From Acidimicrobiales bacterium (GTDB taxonomy: Bacteria; Actinomycetota; Acidimicrobiia; Acidimicrobiales; SZUA-35), in the NCBI GenBank assembly GCA_020629695.1, contig JAHDCV010000006.1, forward strand, positions 23,003-87,002: a stretch of DNA of 64,000 nt, written 5' to 3'. This document shows positions 54,190 through 62,992 of the stretch, piece by piece. The notes below the pieces were generated by a model. It made no database searches, was not told the origin of the DNA, and saw nothing but the letters and a program-made list of their open reading frames with translations. Within the stretch, counting starts at the first letter, position 1. Each line of letters starts with the position of its first letter. A program made the translations under genes and the position numbers.

Positions 54190-55106
54190 GCGCCCGGCCC
54201 CGGCGGTGGCGCCGCCCCCTGCTCGTGGTCGCCATCCTCGCGGCGGCATGCAGCTCGGACGAGCCCGTCGCCGAGCCGGGTCCGATCACGACGGCGCCGA
54301 CCACGGTGCCGTCGACGGCGCCTCCGTCGACCGCCGTCTCGACAACGGAGGCCACGATCACCGTGCCGTCCGCCGAGGAGGTCCTCGTCGACGAGTTCGC
54401 CGCGCGGTTCGCCGCCGCCGGGGTGGACGGCACGTTCATCGTCCGTCGGTCGTCCGACGCCCGGACCCTCACACACGACCCCGAGCGGGCGGTCGAGGCG
54501 CGCCTGCCCGCCTCGACCTTCAAGGTCATGAACTCGCTGATCATCCTCGAGGCCGGTGTGGTCGCCGACGTCGACGAGACGGTGCCGTGGGACGGCGTCA
54601 CCCGGCGGCTTTCGGAGTGGAACCGAGACCACTCGCTGCGGACCGGCATCGAGGTGAGTGCGTTGTGGATGTTCCAGGAGCTCGCCCGGCAGGTCGGCTT
54701 GGAGGCGATGGCGGCCGCCCTCGCCGAGTCGGGCTACGGCAATGCGGACGTCGGCGGTGGCGTCGATCGGTTCTGGCTCGACGGCGGGTTGCGGATCTCG
54801 CCGGAGGAGCAGGTCGTGATGCTCGAACGGTTGCTCGCCGACGACCTGCCCTTCGAGGCCCGTCATCAGGCGGCCGTGCGGGAGATCCTCGTCCGTGAGA
54901 CGGGCGACGGGTGGATCTGGGCCCACAAGACCGGTTGGGCCGTCGCTCCCGAGCCCGAGCTCGGCTGGCTCGTCGGCTGGACCGAGTTCGACGGCGACGA
55001 GCACGTCTTCGCACTCAACGTCGACCTCGTCAGCGGTGTGGACCCCGCCGTGCGGCTCGATCTGGCGCGCGAGCTCCTCGTCCTGGCCGGGGCGCTCCCG
55101 GACTGA
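54186..55106 (+). CDS. Class D (OXA-like) beta-lactamase/penicillin-binding lipoprotein
   Basis: Lipobox LAAAC, Thr/Pro linker, PASTFK, SAL (SxV position), YGN, FWLDGGLRIS, KTGW. Confidence 0.85.
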   Translation: MSARPRRWRRPLLVVAILAAACSSDEPVAEPGPITTAPTTVPSTAPPSTAVSTTEATITVPSAEEVLVDEFAARFAAAGVDGTFIVRRSSDARTLTHDPERAVEARLPASTFKVMNSLIILEAGVVADVDETVPWDGVTRRLSEWNRDHSLRTGIEVSALWMFQELARQVGLEAMAAALAESGYGNADVGGGVDRFWLDGGLRISPEEQVVMLERLLADDLPFEARHQAAVREILVRETGDGWIWAHKTGWAVAPEPELGWLVGWTEFDGDEHVFALNVDLVSGVDPAVRLDLARELLVLAGALPD

Positions 55107-55179
55107 TCTCCGCCGCATTCGAGCCCCGGTGGGTGGTCGGCTACGTTCGTCCCGACACGCACGAGCTTCGGGGGGACCG

Positions 55180-55839
55180 ATGACCGACGCCAAGAACGAC
55201 GGATCCACACCGCGGGCGCCCTTCGCGCCGTGGGATCGTCGAGAACTGCCCGGCAGGTTCAGCGTCGACGAGACGGCCAAGCGGGTCGGCCACTACAAGT
55301 GGATCGAGATGCGGATCTTCGAGCTGATGGGCGGATGGGTCGCCACCGTGCCGGAGCTCGACGTGAAGCTCCGACTCGGCACCCACTGCTATCACCACGC
55401 CTTCCACGCCGAGTTGTGGCACAAGCGGCTGCCGGAACTGCGGGAGATGAATCCAGAGCGCCTCACGCTGCCACCGAGCCCCGAGGTCGAGGCGTTCATG
55501 GACGCCGTCGGTGCGCCCGAGCAGGCCGGCGAGACGATCGAGAAGCTCGTCGGGATGTATCGCGTGCTCATCCCACGGCTCATCGCGACCTACACCTACC
55601 ACCGCAACAACACCTCGACGATCACCGACGCGCCGACGATCCGCTCGCTCGGCTTCTGCCTCCAGGACGACCTCGAGGAGTGGCGCGAGGGCGAGATGAT
55701 CCTCCAGTCGATGCTCACCAACGACGAGGCCGTGCAACGAGCGGCAGCCCGGCAGCAGGAACTCGAGTCCCTGCTCGCCGCAGCCGGTGGTGTGATCGGA
55801 CCCGATTCGATCGGGTCGTTCGAACTCGACGAGGGCTGA
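55180..55839 (+). CDS. Hypothetical protein, probable ferritin-like four-helix bundle
   Basis: All-helical pattern: WIEMRIFELMGGW, HCYHHAFHAELW, QDDLEEW. Confidence 0.7.
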   Translation: MTDAKNDGSTPRAPFAPWDRRELPGRFSVDETAKRVGHYKWIEMRIFELMGGWVATVPELDVKLRLGTHCYHHAFHAELWHKRLPELREMNPERLTLPPSPEVEAFMDAVGAPEQAGETIEKLVGMYRVLIPRLIATYTYHRNNTSTITDAPTIRSLGFCLQDDLEEWREGEMILQSMLTNDEAVQRAAARQQELESLLAAAGGVIGPDSIGSFELDEG

Positions 55840-55843
55840 ACCG

Positions 55844-56389
55844 ATGACCGAGATCACGCTGGACCCGTCGTCGTTCGAGATGGTGCTGTTCGACCCGGAC
55901 ATCATCGTGGCCGACGCCGGGGCGGCCATCGATCGGGTGGCCGGCCTCCGACTCGATTCGCTCGGTGTGACCGTCGACGAGATGAAGCCGACGACCCGGA
56001 TGCGGGTCACGGGGCTCGACCCGGCGACGATCCACCTCGAATCGGGGACGCTCGAGAACACCAAGCGGCCCCGGACCTATTCGGCCGACGTGGCGGCGAT
56101 CACGTTCACGAAGCTGTGCTTCGAGATCGCGCAGCGGAGGGACGCGGCATTCGGCGCACCGGATCTCGACGCCGAGCTCACCCACGCCGAACGAATCGCA
56201 TGGGATGTGCAGTTGATCGGACGGGTGAAGGCCGCCGGTGTCCGCCTCTACCTGCCCAAGTACCGCTACGACTTCCGCAACCGCCATGGCTTCAGCGACG
56301 CCGTCGACGCGGCGTTCGACCGGCTGCTCGATCTGGCCACGCCGACGTTCGGCGACATCATGGCGGTCAGCCACGGTCTCACCGACTGA
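55844..56389 (+). CDS. Hypothetical protein
   Basis: Strong coding bias, 4 nt after the previous gene; RYDFRNRHGFSD stands out. No family recognised. Confidence 0.7.
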   Translation: MTEITLDPSSFEMVLFDPDIIVADAGAAIDRVAGLRLDSLGVTVDEMKPTTRMRVTGLDPATIHLESGTLENTKRPRTYSADVAAITFTKLCFEIAQRRDAAFGAPDLDAELTHAERIAWDVQLIGRVKAAGVRLYLPKYRYDFRNRHGFSDAVDAAFDRLLDLATPTFGDIMAVSHGLTD

Positions 56390-56422
56390 GCCGAGGATCC
56401 TCGCCGGGCCGAACCCGTCGGC

Positions 56423-56788
56423 TCAGCGCATGTCGTGCATCGTGACGGGTTCGTGCAGATCGATCTCGGGGGCGCGGCTCAACAGGCCCGAGCAGGCATC
56501 CGCCATGGTGACCATCGCCGGCGAGTCGAAGTGCGTTCGCTGGTGGTCGACCGAGTCCCACTTCTGGACGAGGGTCAGCCGACCCGGGATGATGGTCGAG
56601 GCGACCATGTCGATGTTCCGACAGCCGTCCTGCGTGCGGCTCACGACGACGTAGTGGCTGAGGACCGCGAGGAGCGCCTCCGGGTCCTCGGTGTCGAAGA
56701 CCATGGTGACCATGACCGGTTCGAGGTCGGGATCACCGACGTCGTCGTTGGTCAGCTGCACCTCGTCGTTGGTGGAGTTCGGGGCCAT
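56423..56788 (-). CDS. ABM/quinol monooxygenase-like dimeric alpha-beta barrel protein
   Basis: YVVVSRTQDGC, VQKWDS..HQRTHFDSP. Confidence 0.78.
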   Translation of the reverse strand: MAPNSTNDEVQLTNDDVGDPDLEPVMVTMVFDTEDPEALLAVLSHYVVVSRTQDGCRNIDMVASTIIPGRLTLVQKWDSVDHQRTHFDSPAMVTMADACSGLLSRAPEIDLHEPVTMHDMR

Positions 56789-56927
56789 GGCCCCGAGTCT
56801 GCGTGCCACACGTCATGTGGTCCAGCTGGGTCGGGTCACTCAAGGCGAGGGCCCGACCCGCCGATGCCATGGCACCGACACTCCGCCTGGCTTCTCGGAG
56901 CCCGGGGCGTCGTCAGTAACATCGCGA

Positions 56928-56957
56928 CACGGCAACCGTTGCCGTGATCGGTAGGCT
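56928..56957 (+). promoter_or_regulatory. Palindromic operator candidate and -10 element of the sigma gene
   Basis: CACGGCAAC-C-GTTGCCGTG (56928-56946) followed by TAGGCT (56952-56957). Confidence 0.5.
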
Positions 56958-57011
56958 CGAAACAGTCTGGTCGCCTTCCTGGCGGTCTTCCGTAGTGAGA
57001 GGTTCGCACCC

Positions 57012-57947
57012 TTGGCGAAGGAACGAGCAGAGCGTGACGAAGAAGATCTCGTCCGGCTGTATCTCACCGACATCGGCCAGTACCCCCTCCTGACCAAGGA
57101 GGACGAGGTCCGCCTCGCCCAGGCGATCGAAGCGGGCAAGGCCGCGTCGGAGGAGATGTCGACGGCCACGGAACTCACGCCTGCGCGCAAGCGCGAACTC
57201 CGCCGGGAGATCCGCCGGGGCAACGAAGCCGAGATGACGTTCGTCCAGTCCAACCTCCGGTTGGTCGTGTCGATCGCGAAGAAGTACCAGGCCTCCGGCC
57301 TGCCGCTGCTCGACCTCATCCAGGAGGGCAACCTCGGTCTGATGCACGCCGTCGAGAAGTTCGACTGGCGCAAGGGCTTCAAGTTCTCGACGTACGCCAC
57401 CTGGTGGATCCGTCAGGCCATCACCCGTGGCATCGCCAACACGGGGCGGACCATCCGTCTGCCCGTGCACGCCGGAGACACCCTCGCCCGGCTCCAGAAG
57501 GCACGTTCCCGCCTGGAGCTGAAGCTCGGTCGTCCGGCCACGTTGTCCGAACTCTCGGCCGAGGTCGAGATGCCGGAGGACAAGGTGACCGAAGCGCTGC
57601 GCTTCGCTGCCGAGCCGTTGTCGCTCTCCGAGCCCCTCCGCGAAGACGGCGACGCCGAACTCGGCGATGTCGTCGAGGATCGTGGCGCCGACTCACCGTT
57701 CGAGGTCGCCGCCACGGCGTTGCTGCCCGACGAGATCAGCCGCCTGCTCGCTCCGCTCGACGAGCGCGAGCGCGAGATCCTGAAACTGCGGTTCGGTCTC
57801 GACCGTGGCGAGCCCCGCACCCTCGAAGAGGTCGGCGAGCACTTCAACCTCACCCGTGAGCGGATCCGCCAGATCGAAGCCCGGGCGATGTCGAAGCTGC
57901 GTCACCCGTCGTCCGACACCGGCGCCCGCGACCTGCTCGCTGTCTGA
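57012..57947 (+). CDS. Sigma-70 factor, RpoD-like without region 1.1 (group 2 type)
   Basis: DLVRLYL.DIG..PLLT, NLRLVVSIAKKY, DLIQEGNLGL, FSTYATWWIRQAI, TRERIRQIE; TTG start. Confidence 0.93.
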   Translation: MAKERAERDEEDLVRLYLTDIGQYPLLTKEDEVRLAQAIEAGKAASEEMSTATELTPARKRELRREIRRGNEAEMTFVQSNLRLVVSIAKKYQASGLPLLDLIQEGNLGLMHAVEKFDWRKGFKFSTYATWWIRQAITRGIANTGRTIRLPVHAGDTLARLQKARSRLELKLGRPATLSELSAEVEMPEDKVTEALRFAAEPLSLSEPLREDGDAELGDVVEDRGADSPFEVAATALLPDEISRLLAPLDEREREILKLRFGLDRGEPRTLEEVGEHFNLTRERIRQIEARAMSKLRHPSSDTGARDLLAV

Positions 57948-58027
57948 CGTCCGCCCCGCGAGCGCCCGAAGCGTCTCGGCGGCCGCGTCGATCGACCCGG
58001 GCTGGTGGATGGGAGAGACTCAGGCGC

Positions 58028-58927
58028 ATGGCGAATCTGCGCGTGCTGACCCTGAACATCGGCTCCGTCCTGGAGGCGAGGTGGGAAGAGCGTCAGCACG
58101 AGATCGCGGCCTGGCTGCTCGACCTCGAACCCGACGTGGTGTGTCTGCAGGAGTCTTCGGAGTCGCCCAGCCGGCCGAACCGTGCGGGTGACGTCGCCGA
58201 CCTGGTCGCCGCTGCGGGCGGCCCGGCCTACGAATGGGCGTTCGGTGGGTTCGAACCGACGTCGCCGTTCTTCGCCGGCCTCGACGAGTCGAGCCTGCTG
58301 TTCGGCTCGGCGGTGCTCAGTCGGTGGCCGATCGATCGGACCGGGTTGCATCGGCTTCCGATTCGAGAGGATCTCCCCGGTGCGCGCGGGGTCGGTTGGG
58401 AGCTGTTCCATGCCCACACCGCCGGCCTCGACATCTTCTCGACCCATCTGGCGGCCGCTCCGTTCGAGGGTCAGCATCGACGTCTCCAAGTCGTCGAGAT
58501 CGATCGGCTGGTCAACGTGGTCCGGCAGGATCTCGATCCACTGATCTCCCCGGCCCGCTCGGCCATGCCGCCGATCCTCTGCGGCGACTTCAACGCCGAA
58601 CCCGAGTCGGACGAGATCCGCTATCTCTGTGGCTACACCGCCTTGGACGGGCACACGACCTTCTGGCAGGACGCGTGGAGGGTCGCGGGTGACGGGACGG
58701 CGGGGCTCACGCAGGACTGGCGAGACAACGAACTCGCCGCGGCACTCAACGTGCACCGGAAGCGGATCGACTACGTCTTCGTCGGGGATCCGTTCCTCCG
58801 CCGCGGCGGTGGCGGTCGGGTGGTGCACGCGGAGGTCGTGTGTCACGAGCCGAAGACCGGCGTCGTCGCCAGCGATCACCGTGGTGTGCTCGCCGACATC
58901 GTCTGGCCGGACCGTCCGGGAGTGTGA
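58028..58927 (+). CDS. Endonuclease/exonuclease/phosphatase (EEP) family protein
   Basis: LTLNI, DVVCLQE, STHL, ILCGDFNA, RIDYVF, SDH. Confidence 0.9.
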   Translation: MANLRVLTLNIGSVLEARWEERQHEIAAWLLDLEPDVVCLQESSESPSRPNRAGDVADLVAAAGGPAYEWAFGGFEPTSPFFAGLDESSLLFGSAVLSRWPIDRTGLHRLPIREDLPGARGVGWELFHAHTAGLDIFSTHLAAAPFEGQHRRLQVVEIDRLVNVVRQDLDPLISPARSAMPPILCGDFNAEPESDEIRYLCGYTALDGHTTFWQDAWRVAGDGTAGLTQDWRDNELAAALNVHRKRIDYVFVGDPFLRRGGGGRVVHAEVVCHEPKTGVVASDHRGVLADIVWPDRPGV

Positions 58928-58974
58928 GCACGGGGAGCGAACCGCGCGATCCGTCGTGCCGGGTCCGAGCCTGA

Positions 58975-59070
58975 TGGCGGAGGTGGACGGGAATCGAACC
59001 CGCCGGACGGGGATCACCCGTCCCACCCGCTTTGAAGGCGGGGGAGCCCACCAGGCGCTCGGACACCTCC
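58975..59070 (-). tRNA. selC: tRNA-Sec (anticodon UCA)
   Basis: 96-nt reverse complement with anticodon arm CCCGC-CTTCAAA-GCGGG, long variable arm GGACGGG/CCCGTCC, T-loop TTCGATT and 3' GCCA; selA and selB are present in the window. Confidence 0.95.
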
Positions 59071-59239
59071 ACCAGCGAGCGTAGCGACGGTTCGCGCCTG
59101 GGCGAGCGGCGGATACCGGCGGACTCGAGCGCCTCCGGTGATCGAGTGTCATCGAGCGCGTGTCACCGAGATCGACAGCAGTTAAGCTGCGTTCACTTGC
59201 AGCCACCGCTGCCGATGACGGGCCGGCGAAGGTGCGCGG

Positions 59240-59863
59240 ATGCGAGTGGTGTGGTCTCCCAAGGGCGGCGTCGGATCGACGTCGATCGCGATCGGTCTGG
59301 CGTGGCGCCGGGCCGAGGTCGCTCCGTCGTGGCTGATCGATGTGCACGGTGGCGTTGCCGCCGTGTTGGGGGTCGAGTCGGCCACGTTGGGTCTGGCCGA
59401 CTGGGCCGACGCAACGGATGCACCGGACGACGCGCTCGCTCGGTTGACCCGTGAGGTGGCACCCGGTGTGGGACTGCTCGGCCCCGGAACCGCCTCGATC
59501 GGAGGTGAGCTCGACGTCCGACGGCTGCGGTCGGAGACCCTCGCCGTCGGGCCGACGGTCATCGTGGATGCCGGTACCCATCCGGTCACGTCAGCTCTCG
59601 TGGCTGCGGCGGATCGATCCACGATGGTGCTCCGGAACTGCGGTGCCGCCGTCGCGATGGCGGTGCGCTGCCCGATCGTGGCGGACGAGGTGTTCGTGAT
59701 CGTGGAGCCGGGTCGTGCGCTGCGCGGTCGCGATGTGGAGCGGGCACTCGATGTGCCCGCGGTCGAGGTCCCCTTCGTTCCTGCGATGGCCGGCGCCACC
59801 GACGTCGGGCTCTCCCGGGCCGGTGTTCCCCGACGCCTGGCCCGAGCGCTGCGTGTGGCATGA
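59240..59863 (+). CDS. Ssd/TadZ(CpaE)-like MinD-family protein
   Basis: SPKGGVGSTS deviant Walker A, LIDVHGG, VIVDAG; first gene of the tad operon. Confidence 0.75.
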   Translation: MRVVWSPKGGVGSTSIAIGLAWRRAEVAPSWLIDVHGGVAAVLGVESATLGLADWADATDAPDDALARLTREVAPGVGLLGPGTASIGGELDVRRLRSETLAVGPTVIVDAGTHPVTSALVAAADRSTMVLRNCGAAVAMAVRCPIVADEVFVIVEPGRALRGRDVERALDVPAVEVPFVPAMAGATDVGLSRAGVPRRLARALRVA

Positions 59864-60924
59864 CGGGCATCGACCTCACGGCGGAGCTGCTCGATGAAGC
59901 CGTCGCCCGGCCCGGGATCGGAGCCGGGGCGTTGCTGGAGCGGGCACGCCGGTTGGATCCGCTCCGTCCGCTGAGCGAGGTGGAGCAGATCGTCACCACG
60001 GTCCGGCGCCGCGCCGACGGGCTCGCCGCCCTCGCACCCGCGCTCGATGCTCCTGATGTCGACGAGGTGATGGTGTCGGCAGACGGCGTCTGGGTCGAGC
60101 GTGCCGGTGTGGTCGAGCGGCTCCGACTCGATCTGAGCCGGGTCGAAGTGGACGTCGTGGTCGAGCGCATCCTGAAGCCGCTGGGCCTCCGGGTCGATCC
60201 GTCATCGCCGATGATCGATGCGCGACTGCCCGACGGAAGCCGCGTCAACGTGGTCGTCCCGCCCCTCTGTCCGGACGGGCCGGTCGTGACCATCCGGCGG
60301 TTCGCCGACCGTCGAGTTCGCCTCGTCGAGTTCTGTCCCGACCCGGAGGTCGAGGCGTTCGTGGTGGACCGTGTGCGGCGCCGATCCTCGATCCTCGTGG
60401 TGGGCGGCACCGGTGCCGGCAAGACGACGCTGCTCAACGCGCTGGCGGGGTCGATCGATCCCGGAGAACGGGTGATCACGGTGGAGGACACCGCCGAACT
60501 CCGCCTGCGGCTCCCGCATGTCGTCCGTCTCGAAGCCCGACCTGCCAACGCCGAGGGCGTCGGCGCGGTGCCGTTGGGTGCGTTGCTCCGCAATGCGCTC
60601 CGGATGCGGCCCGACCGCCTCGTGGTCGGTGAGGTGCGCGGCGCCGAGGCGTTCGACCTGCTGCTGGCGCTGAACACGGGTCACGACGGGTCGATGGCGA
60701 CATGCCATGCCGTGTCGGCCGCCACCGGCCTGGAGCGGCTCGCTCTGCTGGCGACGATGGGGCGGCCCGGACTCGATCCCGCCCTCGTTCGCCACCAGGT
60801 GGCCACCGGGATCGACAGCGTCGCGGTGGTCCGACGAACGGCCGAGGGGCGCCGACTCGTGGAACTCGCCGATGTCGTGGACGACGGGGGCCTCCCGGTG
60901 GCCGAGGTGGTGTGGGCCGGATGA
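59860..60924 (+). CDS. cpaF: TadA/CpaF pilus assembly ATPase
   Basis: DARLPDGSRVNVV, GGTGAGKTT, EDTAEL, ALRMRPDRLVVGEVRG, NTGHDGSMATCH. Confidence 0.92.
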   Translation: MTGIDLTAELLDEAVARPGIGAGALLERARRLDPLRPLSEVEQIVTTVRRRADGLAALAPALDAPDVDEVMVSADGVWVERAGVVERLRLDLSRVEVDVVVERILKPLGLRVDPSSPMIDARLPDGSRVNVVVPPLCPDGPVVTIRRFADRRVRLVEFCPDPEVEAFVVDRVRRRSSILVVGGTGAGKTTLLNALAGSIDPGERVITVEDTAELRLRLPHVVRLEARPANAEGVGAVPLGALLRNALRMRPDRLVVGEVRGAEAFDLLLALNTGHDGSMATCHAVSAATGLERLALLATMGRPGLDPALVRHQVATGIDSVAVVRRTAEGRRLVELADVVDDGGLPVAEVVWAG

Positions 60925-61688
60925 GTGGGCCGTGGTTGCGTGGGAACCTCGCAGCTCCGCGTTTCCGGCGTCGGGGGCCGAGTCCGATCGTTCGACGGAG
61001 CCTCGTGATCCGCTCGGGGCTCGACGGCGTCACCGTCGCGGCCGGTGGCGCTGGCCTGGTCGTTTCGCTGGCGATCGGGTCGTGGCTTCCGTCGGTGCTC
61101 GGCGTCCTGGCCGCGGTGATCATCGGGCTGGCTCGTCGAGACCACGCCATCGAACGACGCGGCCGGGCCCGGCGCGAGGCGATCCGGTCGACGCTCTCCC
61201 GGATCGATGCCTCGGCCCGGGCGGGCACTGCGCTCGGGCCGGCGGTGCAGGCGGCGTGTGCCGGCCCGGCGACCGAGCATCCACACCTCCTGGCCGTCGG
61301 CACCCGGCTCGAGCGAGGTTTCCCACTCGCGCAAGCGCTCGACATCGAGTCGACCGACCGGGACGAGTCGCTCGACCTCGTGCTGGTCACGCTGTCGGTC
61401 CTGGCCGGGCGCGGTGGGCCGGCGACCGCTGCGTTGAGCCGCCTCCTCGACGTGATCGACGCGCTCGACGCCGCCGCAGCCGATGAGCGGGCGGCCTCGG
61501 CGCAGGTGCGTGCATCGGCCCTCGTGCTGGTCTGCCTCCCGGTCGCCTTCGCCGCTCTCGGCGCCTCGGTCGACGCGGAGATCCGGTCGGTGTTCCTCGA
61601 CCGTCCGATCGGTGCGCTCTGTGTTGCGGTCGCCGGCGGGTTGGATCTGCTCGGGTGGCGATGGACGCGGCGGTTGGTGGCCGCATGA
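60921..61688 (+). CDS. tadB: TadB-like (T2SS F family) membrane protein
   Basis: TM segments and 'AASAQVRASALVLVCLP'; position after cpaF with ATGA overlap. Confidence 0.75.
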   Translation: MSGPWLRGNLAAPRFRRRGPSPIVRRSLVIRSGLDGVTVAAGGAGLVVSLAIGSWLPSVLGVLAAVIIGLARRDHAIERRGRARREAIRSTLSRIDASARAGTALGPAVQAACAGPATEHPHLLAVGTRLERGFPLAQALDIESTDRDESLDLVLVTLSVLAGRGGPATAALSRLLDVIDALDAAAADERAASAQVRASALVLVCLPVAFAALGASVDAEIRSVFLDRPIGALCVAVAGGLDLLGWRWTRRLVAA

Positions 61689-62362
61689 ACGTGGTCGTCA
61701 CGTTGATGCTGGTGGTTGCGCTGTGGGTGGCACCGCTCGGGCGGCCGGTTCGGGTCGGTCTCGTGGTCGGCGGTCGGCCACGAGTGCGAGGCAGGGTCGT
61801 GTCGATCGTGGCGGGATCCATCGCCGGTGCCGCGCTCGCGCCGATACCGGCATCGATCGTCGCCGTCGTCGGATGGGTCGCGCTTCGGCGACGTCGTCTG
61901 GCCTCGGCCGAGCGGGCCGATGCCGAGCGGGCGGACAGTGTCGTGGAGGTGGCCGATCTGCTGGGTGTCGTCGTCGGCGCCGGCGGGAGTGTGGCGGAGG
62001 CGCTCGCTCTGGTGGCCGACCGCGGGCCCGAGTCGATCCGCCCGGCGTTCCTGGCCGTTCTCGCTGATGCCGAGCACGGCTTGGGTCTCGTGTCGTCGCT
62101 CCAGCGCGCCGAGCTGCCCAGCTCGTTCCGGCCGCTGCTCGCGGGTCTGGTCTCCGCCGAGCGTGACGGCGCGCCGCTCGGCGTCGTCGTCGCCCGGCTC
62201 GCCGACAGCGCCAGGGCGGCGCGTGCCGCCCGTATGCGCGCCCGTATGCAGCGGCTGCCGGTGCTGCTGCTCGCCCCGCTCACGCTGTGTTTCCTTCCAG
62301 CGGTCCTCATCGGAGCGGTGGTCCCGGTGGTGCTCGCCCACCTCACCGTCCTCGGTCTCTGA
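61685..62362 (+). CDS. tadC: TadC-like (T2SS F family) membrane protein
   Basis: VADLLGVVVGAG, AERDGAP, LPVLLLAPLTLCFLPA. Confidence 0.8.
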   Translation: MNVVVTLMLVVALWVAPLGRPVRVGLVVGGRPRVRGRVVSIVAGSIAGAALAPIPASIVAVVGWVALRRRRLASAERADAERADSVVEVADLLGVVVGAGGSVAEALALVADRGPESIRPAFLAVLADAEHGLGLVSSLQRAELPSSFRPLLAGLVSAERDGAPLGVVVARLADSARAARAARMRARMQRLPVLLLAPLTLCFLPAVLIGAVVPVVLAHLTVLGL

Positions 62363-62423
62363 ACCCGTTCTCGCAGCATCCCGCTGCCGCCCGCGAGGGC
62401 CCACCCGTTCCAAAGGAGTCCAC

Positions 62424-62615
62424 ATGGACGAACCCACATCAAACACGGCGTTGCGGCGAGTGCACGAAGCCGGTCAGGCCACGGCGGAGTACGCCCTCGT
62501 CGTCCTCGGCGCCGCGGCCGTCGCCGGTCTCTTCATCGCCTGGGCGGCCGGGACCGGTCGGATCGGCGACCTGCTGAACGCGGTCATCGACGCGGTCATC
62601 GGGCAGGTCGGCTGA
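62424..62615 (+). CDS. Flp-type pilin (DUF4244-like)
   Basis: EAG|QATAEYALV prepilin cleavage/Flp motif; AAGGAG RBS. Confidence 0.85.
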   Translation: MDEPTSNTALRRVHEAGQATAEYALVVLGAAAVAGLFIAWAAGTGRIGDLLNAVIDAVIGQVG

Positions 62616-62989
62616 TGCGGTGGGGTCGCGGCGAGCCCGGGCAGGCGACCGTCGAGGTGGTCCTCGTGCTACCGATCGTGGTGATGCTCGGGCTCGTCGT
62701 GGCCCAACTCGGTCTGGTCACCCTCGATGCCCTTCTGCTCCACCACGCGGTCCGTGAGGCAGCCCGCGCCGCCGCGGTCGACCCCGACCCGGGGGTCGCC
62801 TCGGCGGCCGGTCGGGGGGCTTCGTCACTCGATGTGGGCCGGCTGTCGATCGAGCTCGGTGGCGGGCGCCGTGAGGGTGACACCCTCCTGGTGGTCGGGC
62901 GATACCGCTCGCCGACGGAGGTGCCTCTGGTGGGCTGGATGGTCGATGACGTGTCGTTGGAGGCGTCGGCGGCGATGCGGGTCGAGTGA
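62615..62989 (+). CDS. TadE-like pseudopilin
   Basis: G|QATVEVVLVLP, AVREAARAAA. Confidence 0.85.
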   Translation: MRWGRGEPGQATVEVVLVLPIVVMLGLVVAQLGLVTLDALLLHHAVREAARAAAVDPDPGVASAAGRGASSLDVGRLSIELGGGRREGDTLLVVGRYRSPTEVPLVGWMVDDVSLEASAAMRVE

Positions 62990-62992
62990 CGA

